Assembly: GCA_037917685.1 (NCBI GenBank)
Contig: JAVCBU010000006.1
Span: forward strand, 288,001-352,000
Reading direction: 5' to 3'
From: Thermoproteota archaeon
GTDB taxonomy: Archaea; Korarchaeota; Korarchaeia; Korarchaeales; JAOZGB01
Length of the DNA: 64,000 nt
The notes beneath the pieces were generated by a model that saw only the letters and a list, made by a program, of their open reading frames with translations, did no database searches and had not been told where the DNA came from. The translations under genes and the position numbers were made by a program. Positions within the stretch are counted from its first letter, which is position 1. Each line of letters opens with the position of its first letter. Positions 1 to 9,037 of the stretch are shown here, in pieces.

Positions 1-417
1 GGTAAGGTTCTAGCGTGTATAGCAAGAGGTATAGATAAAGCGGGAGTACCCGTTAAAAGGCCAGCTCTAATCGTAGGCGGGGGGGAGACTACAGTCCATG
101 TGGTAGGCGAAGGATTGGGTGGAAGAAACCAAGAAGTCGTTCTAGGCTCTGTGGAAAAGCTTTCAGACATAGAAGGATGTGCATTGTGTTCCGTCGGAAC
201 AGACGGTATTGATGGCGTAACAGATGCAGCCGGGGCCATAGCAGACGGGAAAACATACAAGAAAGGTTTAGATATGCATTTAAAACCAGAAGACTACCTT
301 AAGAACAACGATTCATATAACTATTTCAAAAGGGTAGGGGGGCTCGTCATTACTGGCCCCACTTTAACTAATGTTGCAGATATATTCGCGGTTGCACTAG
401 CTTCCATTAACACTTAA
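1..417 (+). CDS. Glycerate 2-kinase (MOFRL family), 3' part; truncated by window edge
   Basis: Frame is open from base 1: ...GGETTV..G.GGRNQE...GTDGIDG.TDAAGA..D...NNDSY..F......TGPT.TNV.D, the MOFRL C-terminal motifs. Confidence 0.9.
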   Translation, partial: GKVLACIARGIDKAGVPVKRPALIVGGGETTVHVVGEGLGGRNQEVVLGSVEKLSDIEGCALCSVGTDGIDGVTDAAGAIADGKTYKKGLDMHLKPEDYLKNNDSYNYFKRVGGLVITGPTLTNVADIFAVALASINT

Positions 418-447
418 AAGTACGGTGTGCTATGAATATGTGATTAA

Positions 448-732
448 ATGCCAAGAAAAAATCCTAAAACAGTAAGAAGAAGGACAAAAAGAAGGCTAGG
501 TAGGAAAGCTTACGGCAAATTATCAAAACCCCTGTTCAGTAAAGCAAATAAGAGAGACATCGAGATTGGACGAGAATACGAGGTCTTAATAGTCGATACG
601 ACAAAGAAGGGCCAGGGTGTTGGCTATATAAATGGTAGAAGAGTCCTAGTAAGGGGAGCTGAGCCAGGGGAAAAAGTAAAAGTGGTTGTTAAAAAGTTAG
701 TATCAGATTACGCAGTTGCAGACCTAACTTAA
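448..732 (+). CDS. Single TRAM-domain protein with very basic N-terminal extension
   Basis: IEIGREYEV.I.DTTKKGQGVG.ING..V.V.GAEPGEKVKV.V fits the TRAM OB-fold. Confidence 0.75.
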   Translation: MPRKNPKTVRRRTKRRLGRKAYGKLSKPLFSKANKRDIEIGREYEVLIVDTTKKGQGVGYINGRRVLVRGAEPGEKVKVVVKKLVSDYAVADLT

Positions 733-2264
733 GCTATGGAGCTTTGCTTTACACCATGTTCCCTCTCCCACTGTTCCAGAGGAATTGCGAACTTCTTTTC
801 AATCTGCTTCCTGTAAAGGCTATTACCATGTATATCTGTAAGGTTCATAGCACAGAACGGTATTAGCCTGCCATCAGGGGTTGAGTAGTGTATTCCACAC
901 CGCATAAGTCTCTCGAAGTCTAGATTTAACGAGTCTTGGAAGTGCATTATTCCGATCATTACCATCCTGCTAAAGTGGAACTTTGCAAGAGACTTGTAAT
1001 CTCTTTTAACTATTATATCTTTAAGGACATCTGTCAAGTTTAGGCCTTCCGGTGCTTCGTCGGATTTTATAAGCTTAGGTAATATGCTTAAGAGTTTAAG
1101 TTTAGCCGCCTGCTTAGAAATCCATCCACCTTTCTCAATCTTTTCCACACTTTCAGCACAGGTTTTCCAGAGTAGATCAACGTCGACAAACCTGGTAATC
1201 GGAATATAATCACCGTCTTCTGTAACATAGATATATGTTGCCATCCCGCAGTGGGGATTCATTGTGAACTCAACCATCTCCCTACCTTCTAGGAGCCCTA
1301 AGAGCCTGGAAAGCGTTGCTGGATAGGTGACCGGCCTGAAATCATCAACCTTCACCTTCCCGTTGGTTTGTTCCTCTATGAGTTTCAACACCTCATCCGT
1401 GGTTATCCTATGCTTGTTGATGTCTTTAAGTTCAAATCTGCCAACGAAAGATACTGGTTGTATGTTTAGACATCGTATTACATCTACATTCCTAGCTGCA
1501 AACTCAACCATTTTTCCAAGCTGATTATCATTTACTCCCTTAATTAACGTTGGCACAAGCACTACGCCTATACCTGCTTCTCTACATCTTTCAATCGCTT
1601 TAAGCTTAATATCAGTAAGATCTGAACCTTTATGGATATAAGCAGACTTCTCGAAACCTTCAAATGACAGATATATCGTTGTACACCCGGCTTCTCTAAG
1701 CTTTTCAGCGTAACCAGGCTCCATCGCTATTCTAACACCATTCGTATTTACCTCCACATGTGGGAACCCCTCTTCCCTAGCCATTTTCACTATCTCAAAA
1801 AGGTCAGCCCTAATTGTAGGTTCTCCACCAGTAAGTTGGACGGCTGGTGTGGGGACAGGTTTATTCTGTCTAAGTCTTCTAAGCATCATCCTAATCTGCT
1901 CTTTCGTTGGTTCATAGACGTATCCTGTTGCAAATGCGGCATCGAAGCACACAGGGCATTTAAGATTGCATCTGTTGGTGACGTCTATTATTCCAAGGCT
2001 TGTGTGACTTTTGTGAACTGGGCAGAGTCCGCAGGCATACGGACAGTTGGTATCTTTAATAGCCGGGTTCTCTACTCCCTTCCCTTCCCAGCTGTACTCC
2101 ATAACTTTTTTAAAGAGCCCTGCGTCTCTCCAATACACGTGCTTAAACTCTCCGTGCTCTGGACAGCTCTTTACAATAAATACAGCGCCTTTTTCTTCAA
2201 CTACCGAAGCGTCAACTACTCTTAAGCACTCTGGGCATACACTTTTTGTATCGTAAAGTTTCAT
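729..2264 (-). CDS. tes: Radical SAM tetraether (GDGT) lipid synthase, Tes/MJ0619 family
   Basis: N-terminal CPEC...CPEHG site, CPYACGLCPVH, radical SAM CNLKCPVC, QLTGGEPT, C-terminal HCG and RCGIHY..PDGR.IPFC; 511 aa. Confidence 0.85.
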   Translation of the reverse strand: MKLYDTKSVCPECLRVVDASVVEEKGAVFIVKSCPEHGEFKHVYWRDAGLFKKVMEYSWEGKGVENPAIKDTNCPYACGLCPVHKSHTSLGIIDVTNRCNLKCPVCFDAAFATGYVYEPTKEQIRMMLRRLRQNKPVPTPAVQLTGGEPTIRADLFEIVKMAREEGFPHVEVNTNGVRIAMEPGYAEKLREAGCTTIYLSFEGFEKSAYIHKGSDLTDIKLKAIERCREAGIGVVLVPTLIKGVNDNQLGKMVEFAARNVDVIRCLNIQPVSFVGRFELKDINKHRITTDEVLKLIEEQTNGKVKVDDFRPVTYPATLSRLLGLLEGREMVEFTMNPHCGMATYIYVTEDGDYIPITRFVDVDLLWKTCAESVEKIEKGGWISKQAAKLKLLSILPKLIKSDEAPEGLNLTDVLKDIIVKRDYKSLAKFHFSRMVMIGIMHFQDSLNLDFERLMRCGIHYSTPDGRLIPFCAMNLTDIHGNSLYRKQIEKKFAIPLEQWEREHGVKQSSIA

Positions 2265-2332
2265 CAGCTATCTTACCCCTCGATAACAAATATAAAATAT
2301 GTCACCCTTTCAACCATGTGTTAAGTATTGAG

Positions 2333-3070
2333 ATGTCGAGGGAAATAGAAAACATAGCAAAAAGACTTGGTATCGGAAAATATGAGATAAACGCGTATCT
2401 AACATTACTTCTTCATTCAGGCATTACCGCTACCGAAATCTCATCGAAGGGAAGAATTCCTCTTAGTAAAATATATACAATTCTAAATAAACTGCTAGAC
2501 TACGAGTTTATATACGCCACCCCGGAAAGACCGAAAAAGTATTATCCGTATCCACCTAGAACGGTAGCTCAGAAAATAGTCCAGAGAGAAGTTGAACAAA
2601 TAGAAACAATAGTTAAAAAGCTTTCCGACCTGCTTGAAGCAGCAAAGGTTAAGATAAGAGAGATGCCGAGCATAGCGGTGATATACGACATCAATGAGCT
2701 GGATAACGTTATAAAACTGTTAATCCAAACGTCAGAGGAGAAAATCCTAATCTCGTACAATAAAACAATGGAAAGAGCAATAAGGGAGAGCATAGAAGAT
2801 CTTAAGATAGCCGTAGCTAGAGGTATAAACCTTAAACTCATACTCCCAAAGAACATCGAAAACCCTTTCCCTAAGAACCTATTAGAAGAGAGAGTCTCAT
2901 ATAGAAAGAGACTCTTTGGAGGAGGAATAGTGGTAGATAGCAGGAAAGTGTTAATAGTTCTCCCCAAAACCCAGCTTGTAAGGCAAACGATAGGAATCCT
3001 TTCAAGCCACATAGTGCTAGCGCAAATAGCAGAGGAATATTACGAATACATCTGGAAAGAATCAGAGTAG
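2333..3070 (+). CDS. TrmB-family transcriptional regulator
   Basis: LG..KYE..AY.TLL...ITA.EIS....IP.SKIY.IL..L wHTH plus PLD-like effector domain (IVVDS..VLI); start moved to ATG 2333 to avoid overlap with tes. Confidence 0.85.
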   Translation: MSREIENIAKRLGIGKYEINAYLTLLLHSGITATEISSKGRIPLSKIYTILNKLLDYEFIYATPERPKKYYPYPPRTVAQKIVQREVEQIETIVKKLSDLLEAAKVKIREMPSIAVIYDINELDNVIKLLIQTSEEKILISYNKTMERAIRESIEDLKIAVARGINLKLILPKNIENPFPKNLLEERVSYRKRLFGGGIVVDSRKVLIVLPKTQLVRQTIGILSSHIVLAQIAEEYYEYIWKESE

Positions 3071-3754
3071 TCCGTCTCCTCCGTAAAGGGCGTCTAATAC
3101 ATCCTTAGCCTGCTCTGGATCACCTTCGACAAGCTGGCATTCCGCATATCCCTTCTTCCAATCTCCTCTCTTACGCTCGAGCTTAACATACTCTCTAAAC
3201 GGGTGTAAGACAACATTTGCAAAACCTCTGATAATCCCAGTAACAGTTGCCTCCTGAAATACGATGATTAAGCCATCTTTCAGCTTCATTAAAGTTCTGT
3301 AATGTAAGTGGTTCTTAGGTTTACCTATGATAACCCATTCAACATCGCAGTTTCTAACCACCAGGGGAATCCCTCGCTTTATCATCTTAACTAATTTACG
3401 GGTCGAATCCGCTACTTCTTCCCCAATCTCCTCAAAGTTAAACCATCTCACCTGTTCAGCGTCGCCACCAGCCTTAACCTTGCCACCGAGGACGTCACAT
3501 AGATAGTCAAGGATCACATAATGGAAGCCGTCTTCCATGATCTCGCTGACAAACACAAGCCTTGTGGGCGAGACTTCTAAACCTGTTTCTTCAAGCACCT
3601 CTCTAACAACAGCATCGTATACTCTTTCGCCATACTTAACTCTCCCACCTGGGATAGCCCATAAACCCTTCCCTGGGGGTTTTTTCCTTTTCACAAGGAG
3701 TATCCGGTTATTACTTATTATTAAGCCTCCAACCGCTATTTCAGGGTTTTTCAT
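3062..3754 (-). CDS. Nudix hydrolase fused to an uncharacterised C-terminal domain
   Basis: Nudix box GG.VKYGE....AVVREVLEETGL; extra ~95 aa C-terminal domain (HLHYRT...FQEATV..II....HP). Confidence 0.8.
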   Translation of the reverse strand: MKNPEIAVGGLIISNNRILLVKRKKPPGKGLWAIPGGRVKYGERVYDAVVREVLEETGLEVSPTRLVFVSEIMEDGFHYVILDYLCDVLGGKVKAGGDAEQVRWFNFEEIGEEVADSTRKLVKMIKRGIPLVVRNCDVEWVIIGKPKNHLHYRTLMKLKDGLIIVFQEATVTGIIRGFANVVLHPFREYVKLERKRGDWKKGYAECQLVEGDPEQAKDVLDALYGGDGLL

Positions 3755-3757
3755 TAT

Positions 3758-4585
3758 TCAATCACCTAATATGCTAACCGCTGCTCCTATGGCTGCGCAG
3801 TACTCTGAATCCTTAGGGACTATAGCCTTACCTCCGAACAGCTCTATGGTTGAAATTACGATAGGGGCCAATATCTTACTTTTAGAAAGTCCTCCTACGA
3901 TAACGATATTATCTTCTAAACCTTCGCTCCTTGCAGCAAAGTAAGCAACAGTACCTATAACTTCTCCTACAAGCGAGAAAATACCTATAGCTGTGTCTTC
4001 TGGCCTAGTATCATCCCCAAACTTTCCAAAATTAGATGCTGTAACGTCTGGCGGGAGAATTCCAACCCCGCCTCCAGTAATGTCTCTAATCGTTAAATTT
4101 ACCCTAGTAATATCACCCATAGAGGCAAGCTTCTCCAATGTATCAAGCCTATACTTGCCAAGAGTGCATCTTCCGATACCTATAAGGGTCCCACCGCCAA
4201 CTCCGGTTCCGCCTACATGCTTAACCCTTTCCCCGCCATCCCTAACCGAGACCATCGCAGTACCCGTACCAATACTAACAACTAAAGCCTCTTCCAAGCC
4301 GCTAAGGAAAATCCCCCCTAATCCTATAGCCGCTATCTCATCGACAACTGTAACAGGAATATTAAACAGTGAGGAGCCTATGTCTTCCCTTCCACCACCT
4401 GTAACAGCTATACTCCCTATTTTCTCAATGTTAATGGCAAAGTCATGAACGAGCTTACCCAGCGCCCCGGAGGCCGACGATACGTGATCATAGGTTGGCG
4501 TATTAGTTTTAGCTATCACATCGTTGCCATCTAGGGCCACAGCTTTAGTTGTAGTCCCACCAACATCAAGCCCTACTATGACCAT
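3758..4585 (-). CDS. Type II pantothenate kinase-like (ASKHA/Fumble) protein
   Basis: GLDVGGTTTK, VTGGG, VDE..A...G, SIGTGT, HVGGTGVGGGTL.G, TASNFGK, AIGA match the type II PanK (CoaW) pattern. Confidence 0.75.
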   Translation of the reverse strand: MVIVGLDVGGTTTKAVALDGNDVIAKTNTPTYDHVSSASGALGKLVHDFAINIEKIGSIAVTGGGREDIGSSLFNIPVTVVDEIAAIGLGGIFLSGLEEALVVSIGTGTAMVSVRDGGERVKHVGGTGVGGGTLIGIGRCTLGKYRLDTLEKLASMGDITRVNLTIRDITGGGVGILPPDVTASNFGKFGDDTRPEDTAIGIFSLVGEVIGTVAYFAARSEGLEDNIVIVGGLSKSKILAPIVISTIELFGGKAIVPKDSEYCAAIGAAVSILGD

Positions 4586-4831
4586 AATATCAAACAAATT
4601 TAGCATTTTCATTATTTAAACAACACGCCAGTGTAAACCCTGCGAACTAATAAGGATCAAAGTATCATGAATTTACATATATTAACCCAGCATTTAGGAC
4701 ATAAATCCGACCAGATTTCACTAGTAACCCTTTTGCGAGCCATACCTATTTTACAAATACACAAAATTTGGCAGGCATGCTTGCAGTAAATTTTAAAGTT
4801 TCATTAAAATAAGAGGTTAGGGGGATAGGAA

Positions 4832-5362
4832 TTGAAATTAGATACTAAACGGTTAGCCTTAACCATTATGAATGCAGCCCTATATGCTGCAATAGGTTAC
4901 TCAACATATTTTGGAATCATAGTCTTCGGCGTAAGATTCTGGCCAGCCGTAGTCATCCCAGCAATCTTCTCAGTACTCTTTGGACCCCTAGTCGGAGGCC
5001 TAGGCGCCGCAGTAGGAATCTTCATAGCAGACATGTTAACCCACGGCATGCCCCTGCTAAGCTTATCTGTCGGTGTGACAGCAAATTTTGCATGCTTCTA
5101 TGTAATAGGAGTTCTAGCGGGCCAGGAAAGATATGAGCTTAAGAGGTACCTGCTCGCAGCAATAGTAGGATTAGGGCTTGGAAGCCTCATCATTGGGATA
5201 GGAATCTGGGGGTGGAGCCAGTTCTTCGTACTACCGGGAAAAACGGCGGTTGAACCCATGAGAATAATAGGCGCTGCTTTAACAGCAGCATGGACCTTCA
5301 TCTCAGAAATACCATTCCTCTTGATAATCCCACCAATCGTGGTTAAAGCATACAAGGGCTAA
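4832..5362 (+). CDS. ECF transporter S component (vitamin/cofactor uptake)
   Basis: 176 aa, about 5-6 TM helices; AALYA and LFGP..G.LGAA.G.FIAD motifs. Confidence 0.7.
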   Translation: MKLDTKRLALTIMNAALYAAIGYSTYFGIIVFGVRFWPAVVIPAIFSVLFGPLVGGLGAAVGIFIADMLTHGMPLLSLSVGVTANFACFYVIGVLAGQERYELKRYLLAAIVGLGLGSLIIGIGIWGWSQFFVLPGKTAVEPMRIIGAALTAAWTFISEIPFLLIIPPIVVKAYKG

Positions 5363-5410
5363 GCCAACCACGAGCCTAAGATATTTAACATTACTCTCCT
5401 ATTTAAAAGA

Positions 5411-6422
5411 ATGATGAGTCTTTAACCCCTATTTGAACCCAGATCTATTGCTATTGTTGGAGCCTCAGAAAAACCAGGCAAGGTAGGCTCAGCAATAATG
5501 AAAAACCTACTAGATATAGGTTTTAAAGGCGAAATATTCCCTATAAACAAATCAGGATATTCGGAAATATTCGGTTTTAAAGCATACAGGTATATAACAG
5601 AAGTCAAGGAGACAGTTGACCTTGCGGTTATCGCGGTTCCAGCTGCCATATGCCCACACGTAGTTCGCAACTGCGGAGTAGCAGGCGTCAAGGTTGCCAT
5701 CGTAATATCATCCGGCTTCAGAGAAGTCGGGAATATAACTCTAGAAAGCTTGTTGAAACGCAAGGGAATTCGGGATGCGGATACTCGGCCCCAACTGTCT
5801 TGGAATATACTCTCCAATCTCAAAGGTAGATACGATCTTTAATCCAAACCTAAGCAGTCAAAGCCATCCCCGGGGGATATAGCTTTGATCTCACAGAGCG
5901 GGGCTCTAGGTGCAGCGATGCTTGACTGGATGACGATGGAGAAGCTTGGAATTTCAAGGTTTGTAAGCTATGGCAACGCAGCCGATATAGACGAAGCTGA
6001 TCTCCTAGAGTACTTAATGACCGATCCTTACACGAAAGTAATCGCAGTTTACCTAGAAGGTGCTAAGAGACCCAGGAAAATGGCTAAGATTATAGCAAGG
6101 CATCCCGGAGAAAAGCCGGTAATAGTGCTAAAAGCTGGCCAGACCAAAGCCGGCGCAGAAGCAGCAATGTCGCATACAGGCTCCCTTGCCGGAGCCTGTT
6201 GTGATAGCACTACTTCAGGCTCCTATGCTCAACGCCGAAAAACTCGTCAAAACCATTGTAAGGGTTAAGAACTCAATAAGGAAGCCCATAGTGGCAGTAA
6301 TGCCTGGAGGCTCATTCTCAGCAAAGTATCGCCTTATGCTCGAAGCTGATAACATACCAGCTTATAACTCCCCTAAGGCGGCAATAAATGCTTTAGACGC
6401 CTTGGTTGCTCACTCTCTCTAA
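5411..6422 (+). pseudogene. Decayed acetate/acyl-CoA ligase (ADP-forming) alpha subunit
   Basis: MMSL-TAA(5423)-PLFEPRSIAIVGAS; GMRILGPNCLG out of frame near 5770; ISQSGALG...SHTGSLAG after a further frameshift; then jumps to a C-terminal fragment (large internal deletion relative to 15002..16351). Confidence 0.85.
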
Positions 6423-6489
6423 GAGAGGCCCAGACTTCCAATATTTTAAAACTTTTAACTTAAAAGGTGCTCGGTAGACATGAAGGCTT

Positions 6490-8427
6490 ATGCTTCAAAT
6501 AGCAGAAGATAATGTGGGTAAGAGAGTCCTCCTAATGGGTAACCAGGCCATCGCCAGGGGAGCCATAGAGGCAGGGGTTCAACTTGTAACTGGGTACCCT
6601 GGGACTCCCGCCTCTGAAATCATAGAAACACTTTCAATGTCTGCAATAGACGCACATATAGAGTGGGCTGCAAATGAGAAAGTGGCATTTGATGTAGCTG
6701 TTGGAGGCGCGATAGTTGGAGCAAGAAGCATGTGCTGCATGAAAAACGCAGGCCTAAATTGGATTGTAGACATGCTCATGACCATAGTCTACGGGGGGGT
6801 TAGAGGCGGCCTATCTATAGTTGTTGCTGACGACCCAGGTGCACATTATTCTAGTAATGAGCAGGACACAAGATTCATGGCATACTATGCCAGGATACCA
6901 TGCTTAGAGCCCTCAAACCAACAGGAGGCGAAAGATCTAACTAAACTATCATTTGAAATATCTGAGAAGTTGGAACTACCAGTCATGGTAAGGTCAGTCA
7001 CAAGGCTAAGTCACTCAAGCGGTGACGTAACATACGGAGTGATCAGAAAGGAAAGGAACAGAGTTGTATTCGATAAACACTGGAAGATACCCTACAGATG
7101 GAATGTCTACGGCCCACCGGGCCCAGTTTCAAAGCATAGATGGCTTATAGAAAGAATGAAACCGGTGGAGGAGATCATAATGTCAATAGGAGAGCCGTAC
7201 AACAAACTTTCGCTTGAAGGCGACGGTAAGCTTGGAGTAGTAGCCTCAGGAATAGCCCATGGCTATGCTGTAGAAGCGCTTAGCTCCCTAGGTCTTAAAG
7301 TAGACTATCTCAAGATTTCAATACCTTATCCAGCACCCAGAAGCCTTCTTACAGAGATAATGAGGAGAAACGAGAAAGTTGTCTTTATAGAGGAAGGAGA
7401 ACCCGTTGTGGAGAACCAGGCAAGAATCATTGCTCAATCCGAAAGGATAGACTGTGAAATCCTAGGTAAAGGCGTAAACAAGGTTCTACCAGAGTATGGC
7501 GAGCTCACCCATGAGAATGTTAGAGTCGCTCTTGCATCCGCTTCAGGTATTAAATATGAGACTACCCGTCCTCCTGCAGGCAAACTCGAGGGAATGGTCG
7601 CCCCAAGATCATCTACACTGTGTGCTGGATGTCCACATCTAGGTATGTATTGGGCCCTCAAGCTAGCATTAGCAAAGAAAGGCGGGAAAGTCCCAATAAT
7701 AAACGGGGACATAGGCTGTTACGAGCAAGGTGGATATGGAATAGCTGCTAAGGAGGTTAAACCAAGCTTTTCCAATGAATCGGTTAAGTACAGGGTTGAG
7801 TCCCCCTATGAGATGCTTGACACCAATTACATAATGGGGGGAGGATTCGGCCTGGCCCAAGGCCAATACCAAGCAGGATACAGGGATGGGGTCATAGTGG
7901 GCCTAGCAGGTGACTCTACATTTTTCCACGCATGTTTGCCAGCGGTTGTAACAGCTGCGCTAAACAAGGCGAATGTTCTGTTCTTAGTCCTAGACAATAG
8001 GTGGACCGCTATGACTGGGCACCAGCCAAGCCCTACAACAGGAATAGATGCTCGCGGCGTGGAAACAATAAAATTAGATATTGAAAGGGTAGCAAAGTCG
8101 CTGGGCATAAAATATGTTTCGAAAGCAGACCCGTGGAATCTTAAGGAGATTCAGAAGGCCATAGAGGAAGCTGTGGAGCGTGAAGGACCGAAAATGGTTA
8201 TATCAGAGCGTGTCTGCACGCTTCAGGCCATAAGACAGAAAAAGCTTAAACCTAAAGCACTAAAAGTGTACGAGGAAAAATGTACAGGATGTAAGTTGTG
8301 TGTGCAGCTTGGATGTCCAGCTGTAACCTTCAATACAAAAACAAAGAAGGCTGGAATAGATCCAATACTATGCGTTGGATGTTACATGTGTGCCCAAATA
8401 TGTCCTGTAAATGCCATAGGTGATTAA
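6490..8427 (+). CDS. iorA: Indolepyruvate:ferredoxin oxidoreductase-family alpha subunit
   Basis: MGNQAIARGA, GYPGTPASEI, NEKVA, DDPGAHYSSNEQDTR, LCAGCPH, GDIGCY, GDSTFFH, LDN.WTAMTGHQP, C-terminal 2x[4Fe-4S]. Confidence 0.9.
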   Translation: MLQIAEDNVGKRVLLMGNQAIARGAIEAGVQLVTGYPGTPASEIIETLSMSAIDAHIEWAANEKVAFDVAVGGAIVGARSMCCMKNAGLNWIVDMLMTIVYGGVRGGLSIVVADDPGAHYSSNEQDTRFMAYYARIPCLEPSNQQEAKDLTKLSFEISEKLELPVMVRSVTRLSHSSGDVTYGVIRKERNRVVFDKHWKIPYRWNVYGPPGPVSKHRWLIERMKPVEEIIMSIGEPYNKLSLEGDGKLGVVASGIAHGYAVEALSSLGLKVDYLKISIPYPAPRSLLTEIMRRNEKVVFIEEGEPVVENQARIIAQSERIDCEILGKGVNKVLPEYGELTHENVRVALASASGIKYETTRPPAGKLEGMVAPRSSTLCAGCPHLGMYWALKLALAKKGGKVPIINGDIGCYEQGGYGIAAKEVKPSFSNESVKYRVESPYEMLDTNYIMGGGFGLAQGQYQAGYRDGVIVGLAGDSTFFHACLPAVVTAALNKANVLFLVLDNRWTAMTGHQPSPTTGIDARGVETIKLDIERVAKSLGIKYVSKADPWNLKEIQKAIEEAVEREGPKMVISERVCTLQAIRQKKLKPKALKVYEEKCTGCKLCVQLGCPAVTFNTKTKKAGIDPILCVGCYMCAQICPVNAIGD

Positions 8428-9037
8428 GATGGTAGTGGAAAACATTCAGGTAATTGTTGCTGGTGTCGGAGGCCAAGGGAGCGTTCTGATATCCCATGTG
8501 ATAGCAGAAGCCGCCATAAGAGAAGGATACTCTGTTAGGGTAGGCGAAAAATTTGGTGCAGCCATGAGGGGTGGAGCTGTTTCGAGTCACGTTCGTATAG
8601 CTAAGGGGGAAATGGCACCCGTAATTCCACTTGGGGAAGCCGACGCCATAATGGCATTAGAACCCCTGGAAGGCCTTAGAGCCATGGTTAAATACCTTAA
8701 GAAAGGCGGTGTTGTAGTCTTAAATACAACTCCCCTATACCCAATAGACGTGAATGTCGGCAGAGCTGAGTATCCAGAAGTCTCAAAGATAATAAATGAA
8801 GCAAAGAGTCTCGGCTTCAAGGTGTACCATCTTGATGCTACATCTCTTGCCATCCAGGCAGGGACAGCTAGAGCCATGAACTCGGTAATGCTAGGGGCTC
8901 TATACGCGACAGGAATACTACCAATAAAAAAGGAAACGCTAATAGAAACGCTTAAGGATTATGTTCCTAAAGGAACAGAGCACGTCAACGAAAAAGCCTT
9001 CAATCTAGGCTTAAAAGCCCTCGGAGGATCTAAATGA
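8420..9037 (+). CDS. iorB: Indolepyruvate oxidoreductase-family beta subunit
   Basis: AGVGGQG, GAAMRGGAVSSHVR, ALEPLE.LR, NSVMLGAL; overlaps iorA stop. Confidence 0.9.
   Translation: MIKMVVENIQVIVAGVGGQGSVLISHVIAEAAIREGYSVRVGEKFGAAMRGGAVSSHVRIAKGEMAPVIPLGEADAIMALEPLEGLRAMVKYLKKGGVVVLNTTPLYPIDVNVGRAEYPEVSKIINEAKSLGFKVYHLDATSLAIQAGTARAMNSVMLGALYATGILPIKKETLIETLKDYVPKGTEHVNEKAFNLGLKALGGSK

Noticed and set aside
5423-5425. Recoding/readthrough at the early stop of the ACD-alpha copy
   Set aside because: The stop is TAA (not UGA/UAG) and further frameshifts and a deletion follow
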